From Deltaproteobacteria bacterium (GTDB taxonomy: Bacteria > Myxococcota > Kuafuiibacteriia > Kuafuiibacteriales > Kuafuiibacteriaceae), in the NCBI GenBank assembly GCA_040218735.1, contig JAVJQW010000011.1, positions 384,001-448,000 of the forward strand: a DNA stretch of 64,000 nucleotides, in the 5' to 3' direction. A program made the translations under genes and the position numbers. Positions 60,499 through 64,000 of this stretch are shown here, piece by piece. The first letter of the stretch is position 1, and each line of letters starts with the position of its first letter. Below the pieces are notes generated by a model. The model saw only the letters and a list, made by a program, of their open reading frames with translations. It was not told the origin of the DNA and did no database searches.

Positions 60499-61758
60499 GT
60501 GGTGACCATCGATCGACGTGATTTCTTGAGACGCTCGCTGGTCTTCTCCGGCGGCGTGCTCGCCGGCTGCCAGTCCAAGGACATCCCCGTCGTCGACCTC
60601 CGCGACGGCGGCACGCCGCGCGTCGACGCGGGTTTCATGGACGCCGGCGTCACCGACGCGGGCCTCGCCGACGCCGGCGTCGCGACCTGCGACGAGACGT
60701 TCACCACGAGCGCGCTGCGCGGCGTCCTCGACTTCGACGACGCCAACGGCGTCAACTTCCACGAGCTGCGCAACCAGGGTTGGGACGGGCGCCTCTACAC
60801 CGACCTCTCCGTCGTCGACGCGAGTCGGACGACGATCGGCAACGACGAGTTCTACGTCCGGACCTTCTACCCCGACCTGCTCATGCCGTCGGGACCGTGG
60901 CAGATCGAGGTCAGCGGTCTCGCCGACGCGACGACGTTGGACCTCGCGGATCTGTCCCCCCTCGCCGTCGACCAAGGGCCGGTGTTCCTGGAGTGCTCGG
61001 GCAACGGGAGCGGCGCGGCGTTCGGGCTCATGTCCTCCGCCGAGTGGCGCGGCGTCCCCATCGCCGAGGTGCTCGGGCGCGTCACGATCGATCCCGCCGC
61101 GACGCGCGTCGAGATCGGCGGATTCGACGACCACTCCGTCCCGTCCGCAGGCGGCCACTCCACGCCGGGTGCGTCCTGGATCTTCACGTTCGACCAGCTC
61201 CTCGACGCCGGCGCGTTCCTCGCGACCGAGATGAACGGTGAGCCCCTCCCCCCGAACCACGGCGAGCCGGTCCGACTGATGGTCCCCGGCTGGTACGGCT
61301 GCTGCGCGATCAAGTGGGTGAACACGATCCGGTTCGTCGACGACAGCGAGCCCGCGACCTCGCAGATGCTCGAGTTCGCGTCGCGCACCCACCAGCCACG
61401 CGGCGCGCAGCTCGCGCGTGACTTCCGCCCCGCTCAGATGCACCAGGCCGCGATGCCCACACGCGTCGAACGACACCTCGTCGGCGGCGAGACGGTGTAC
61501 CGGATCATCGGCATCATGTGGGGCAGCACGCGGCCGACGGATCGCCTCGCGATCCGCTTCGACGACGGTCCGTCCGAGCCGGTGGACGTCTGTCCCGCGC
61601 AGACCACGAACCGCACCTGGACGATCTGGGAGCACGCGTGGCGCCCGACGACGGCGAAGCGCTACCGCGTCCGCATGGCGATCGACGATCCCGCGATCCC
61701 GACCAACCGCCTCGACGCCGGCTACTACGAACGCGAGATCGTGATCACCGACGTCTGA
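60499..61758 (+). CDS. Sulfite oxidase-family molybdopterin oxidoreductase, Tat lipoprotein
   Basis: DRRDFL plus LAGC; FYVR, LECSGN, W.GVP, MNGEPLP..HG.PVRL.VPGWYG...IKW. Confidence 0.9.
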   Translation: MVTIDRRDFLRRSLVFSGGVLAGCQSKDIPVVDLRDGGTPRVDAGFMDAGVTDAGLADAGVATCDETFTTSALRGVLDFDDANGVNFHELRNQGWDGRLYTDLSVVDASRTTIGNDEFYVRTFYPDLLMPSGPWQIEVSGLADATTLDLADLSPLAVDQGPVFLECSGNGSGAAFGLMSSAEWRGVPIAEVLGRVTIDPAATRVEIGGFDDHSVPSAGGHSTPGASWIFTFDQLLDAGAFLATEMNGEPLPPNHGEPVRLMVPGWYGCCAIKWVNTIRFVDDSEPATSQMLEFASRTHQPRGAQLARDFRPAQMHQAAMPTRVERHLVGGETVYRIIGIMWGSTRPTDRLAIRFDDGPSEPVDVCPAQTTNRTWTIWEHAWRPTTAKRYRVRMAIDDPAIPTNRLDAGYYEREIVITDV

Positions 61759-62818
61759 CGCTTCCGCCGTCGACGTAGAGCTCGGTGGCGTTCGACAGGT
61801 CGACGGGCCACGCGCCGCGGTCGCCGTCCGAGAGCCGCACGCGCAGCACACGCTCGACGTCCAGCCCACCGCGAACGTCGACGTCGCCGGACAACGCGTA
61901 CACGAAGACGTCGCCGCGACCGCGAACCTCGAAGCGACCGCCATCCACGATCAGCGCGGTGCCTTCGTCGATGCCGATCCCCCGAGGCGCGTCGATCCCG
62001 AAGTCGAGTTTGACGCGCGCGAGGAACGCGATGAGGCGGCCTTCGCGCTCGCGCTCCGAGAAGTGGGTGTCGACCAACACGTCCGCGAGCTCCGGCTGGC
62101 CGAACGGCGAGCGGCGCACCGAGACGGCGGCGTCGCTCGGCTCGCGCAACGCGGTGCGAGATCGGATGCCACCTTCGGCGGCGTCGAAGCTGAACGCACC
62201 GAGGGACATCGCCCCCGCGCTCGTGCCGCCGATCGTGCGACCGTCCGAGACGCCGTCGAGGGCTGCGAGGAGCGGCTCGGGCCAAGTGAGGTACTTGTGC
62301 TGATCGCCGCCGGCGAGCCACACCGCGCCGGCGCCTTCGACGCGTTCGACCACCGCGCGGTCGCCGCCCGCATCGCGTTCGTCGATGCGCAGCGAAGTGA
62401 CCGCGCCCGGTTTGGGGTCCGCGCCGACGTCATCGAAGAAGTAGTCGTTGTAGCTGGACGTCGAGCCCGACGCGCGGAGCACGACGACGTCGCCTCCGCC
62501 CGCGCCCTCCGTGAAACGCCGCGACGCGCCGTCGTCCTCGGCGCCGCCGCCCATCAACACGATACGTCGATGCGGCGTCGCGTCGACCGCGCCGGGGACG
62601 CCGACGACCTCGGAAGCGACCCCCGCAGGGAGCCGCGCGAAGCGACGGTTCGCGCGACGGCGTGTCGCGAGGAGCCCACCGCCGGGGCCGGACGCCGTCG
62701 GCGTGGGTGTACCCGGTGAGGGCCCGAACGGCGTGGGGAGCGGCGTCGCCTCCACCGGCTCGTCGGCCGCCGACGTCGGGACACAAATCCCCGAAGTAGA
62801 GCCCGGCGGGCGAACCAT
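61745..62818 (-). CDS. Cyanophycinase-like serine peptidase (S51)
   Basis: LMGGG, GGDQ, GGTSAGA, DTHF.ER.R.GRL and GIDEGTAL. Confidence 0.85.
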   Translation of the reverse strand: MVRPPGSTSGICVPTSAADEPVEATPLPTPFGPSPGTPTPTASGPGGGLLATRRRANRRFARLPAGVASEVVGVPGAVDATPHRRIVLMGGGAEDDGASRRFTEGAGGGDVVVLRASGSTSSYNDYFFDDVGADPKPGAVTSLRIDERDAGGDRAVVERVEGAGAVWLAGGDQHKYLTWPEPLLAALDGVSDGRTIGGTSAGAMSLGAFSFDAAEGGIRSRTALREPSDAAVSVRRSPFGQPELADVLVDTHFSEREREGRLIAFLARVKLDFGIDAPRGIGIDEGTALIVDGGRFEVRGRGDVFVYALSGDVDVRGGLDVERVLRVRLSDGDRGAWPVDLSNATELYVDGGSVRRR

Positions 62819-62921
62819 CCCCGCCACCGTAGGCAGGCGGAAGATGGGTGTCCAACCGAAACCGCGGCACGCGTGCCCGGGGGCGCGACGAAGTGCGCGG
62901 ATGGACGGAAGTGTCACGCGC

Positions 62922-62937
62922 TGGCACGGTCTCTGCG
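62922..62937 (+). promoter_or_regulatory. Putative sigma54 promoter
   Basis: TGGCACGGTCTCTGCG; -12 C at 62936, ATG at 62951. Confidence 0.65.
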
Positions 62938-62950
62938 AACCGGCCTCCGC

Positions 62951-63313
62951 ATGAAACGACCTGGGTTCCTCCTCTCCATCCTCCTCGCCGCCGCGCTCTG
63001 TTCGTGCGGCGTCGAGACATGCTCGCTGGTGCTCATCTATGGCCTCAACGTCACCGTCGTGGACGACGTCAGCGGGCGCGAGCTCTGCAGCGCCGACGTC
63101 ACCGCGGTCGACGGGAGCTACTCCGAGCCGCTCACGACCTTCACTTCGACCGCCCCCTGCGCGTACGTCGGCGCGGGCGAGCGCGAGGGCACCTACGAGA
63201 TCCGCGTCGAAGCGGCGGGATACCAACCGCGGACGATCACCGACGTGGAGGTCGAGGACGGCGGCTGCCACGTGAAGCCGCAGACGGTCGAAGTGCGCCT
63301 GCAACCGAACTGA
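62951..63313 (+). CDS. Small lipoprotein with carboxypeptidase-regulatory-like beta-sandwich
   Basis: Lipobox-like LCSC; VTVVDDVSG and GTYEIRVEAAGYQP. Confidence 0.8.
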   Translation: MKRPGFLLSILLAAALCSCGVETCSLVLIYGLNVTVVDDVSGRELCSADVTAVDGSYSEPLTTFTSTAPCAYVGAGEREGTYEIRVEAAGYQPRTITDVEVEDGGCHVKPQTVEVRLQPN

Positions 63314-63464
63314 CGAACGCTCCGGCTGTGCAGCGAGGTTGGCACCGGCAAGTGCCCGTCGCGCGGTCCAGATCCGGCGCGCATCGCGGCGCGCTGGTGC
63401 ACACGCCCGCGATGGGTGTTCAGCCGACCTGGCACTTCGGGGCCCCTCGCGACCGTCCGCAGGC

Positions 63465-63480
63465 TGGCATGCGGGTTGCT
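63465..63480 (+). promoter_or_regulatory. Putative sigma54 promoter
   Basis: TGGCATGCGGGTTGCT, near-consensus; -12 C at 63479, ATG at 63494. Confidence 0.75.
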
Positions 63481-63493
63481 CTAGACGGCGCAC

Positions 63494-64000
63494 ATGAAAC
63501 TGCACACCGCTTCTTGTCTCCTCTCCTCCGCCCTCCTCCTCTCGACCGCCTGCGGTGGCGCCGAAGGCCCGCGCGAAGGCGCGTCCGTCGGCAGCAAGGG
63601 CCAGGCCGCCGAAGCCGCGTACGGCGTCGTCGACACCAAACAAGGGCTCGAGCAGAGCTCCACGGGTCGGGGCCTGATCCCCGCGCAGCTCGTCACCGGC
63701 GACGGCATCGAAGGCACGAACCGCTTCGAGGTCGAAGGCCAGTCGGGCCGCGCGATCGTCGAGGCGTCCGCGTCCGTCTCGGGCAGCAACGTCCGCCACA
63801 CCTACGAGGTCACCTTCGAAGCGTTCAGCTGGGACGGCGTCGACTTCTACGACGGCAGCGTCCGCTACGAAGGCGAAGTCTCGACCGACGGCAGCGGCGC
63901 CACGATCCGCGAGCACGTCGTCGGACGCTGCGAGACCTGGGGCCGCTACAAGGCGACGCTCGACATGGACGTGACCATCGAGGTCATCGCCGACGCGAGC
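63494..64000 (+). CDS. Hypothetical lipoprotein, truncated by the window end
   Basis: Not in the ORF track; MKLHTASCLLSSALLLSTAC lipobox-like signal; frame stays open to 64000. Confidence 0.75.
   Translation, partial: MKLHTASCLLSSALLLSTACGGAEGPREGASVGSKGQAAEAAYGVVDTKQGLEQSSTGRGLIPAQLVTGDGIEGTNRFEVEGQSGRAIVEASASVSGSNVRHTYEVTFEAFSWDGVDFYDGSVRYEGEVSTDGSGATIREHVVGRCETWGRYKATLDMDVTIEVIADAS

Noticed and set aside
63340-63356. Second sigma54 promoter TGGCACCGGCAAGTGC
   Set aside because: GG-to-GC spacing is 11 rather than 10; better explained as a small inverted repeat

Overview
High-GC (about 70%, judged by eye) gene-dense chromosomal window. It is most likely from a Myxococcota-like bacterium (inference from a MYXO-CTERM sorting tail, an AgmX/PglI-like C-terminal domain, PEGA proteins, Hanks kinases and Cys-rich lipoproteins). 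About 56 CDS are supported. I saw no rRNA, tRNA, CRISPR array, transposase or integrase. Housekeeping genes include clpP, thrC, hom, an isocitrate dehydrogenase and a THUMP/RlmL-like methyltransferase. Main points: (1) a selenocysteine-containing NAD-linked formate dehydrogenase, which the ORF track splits at an in-frame UGA followed by an fdhF-type SECIS, with a fused NuoE-NuoF partner; (2) an uncharacterised Tat-exported redox system (DUF6599, DUF362, membrane polyferredoxin and two paralogous Tat/Fe-S aldo-keto reductases) split across two loci; (3) a bacterial protein resembling the eukaryotic ALG10 glucosyltransferase; (4) a PG-binding/CHAP protein fused to an uncharacterised domain, next to an ECF sigma factor; (5) recurring promoter architecture, with sigma54 -24/-12 boxes exactly 15 nt before the start codons of four envelope genes and TANNNT boxes 6-7 nt before starts, pointing to widespread leaderless mRNAs; (6) structured intergenic elements. 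All calls come from motif recognition by eye with no database searches, and start codons are best estimates.
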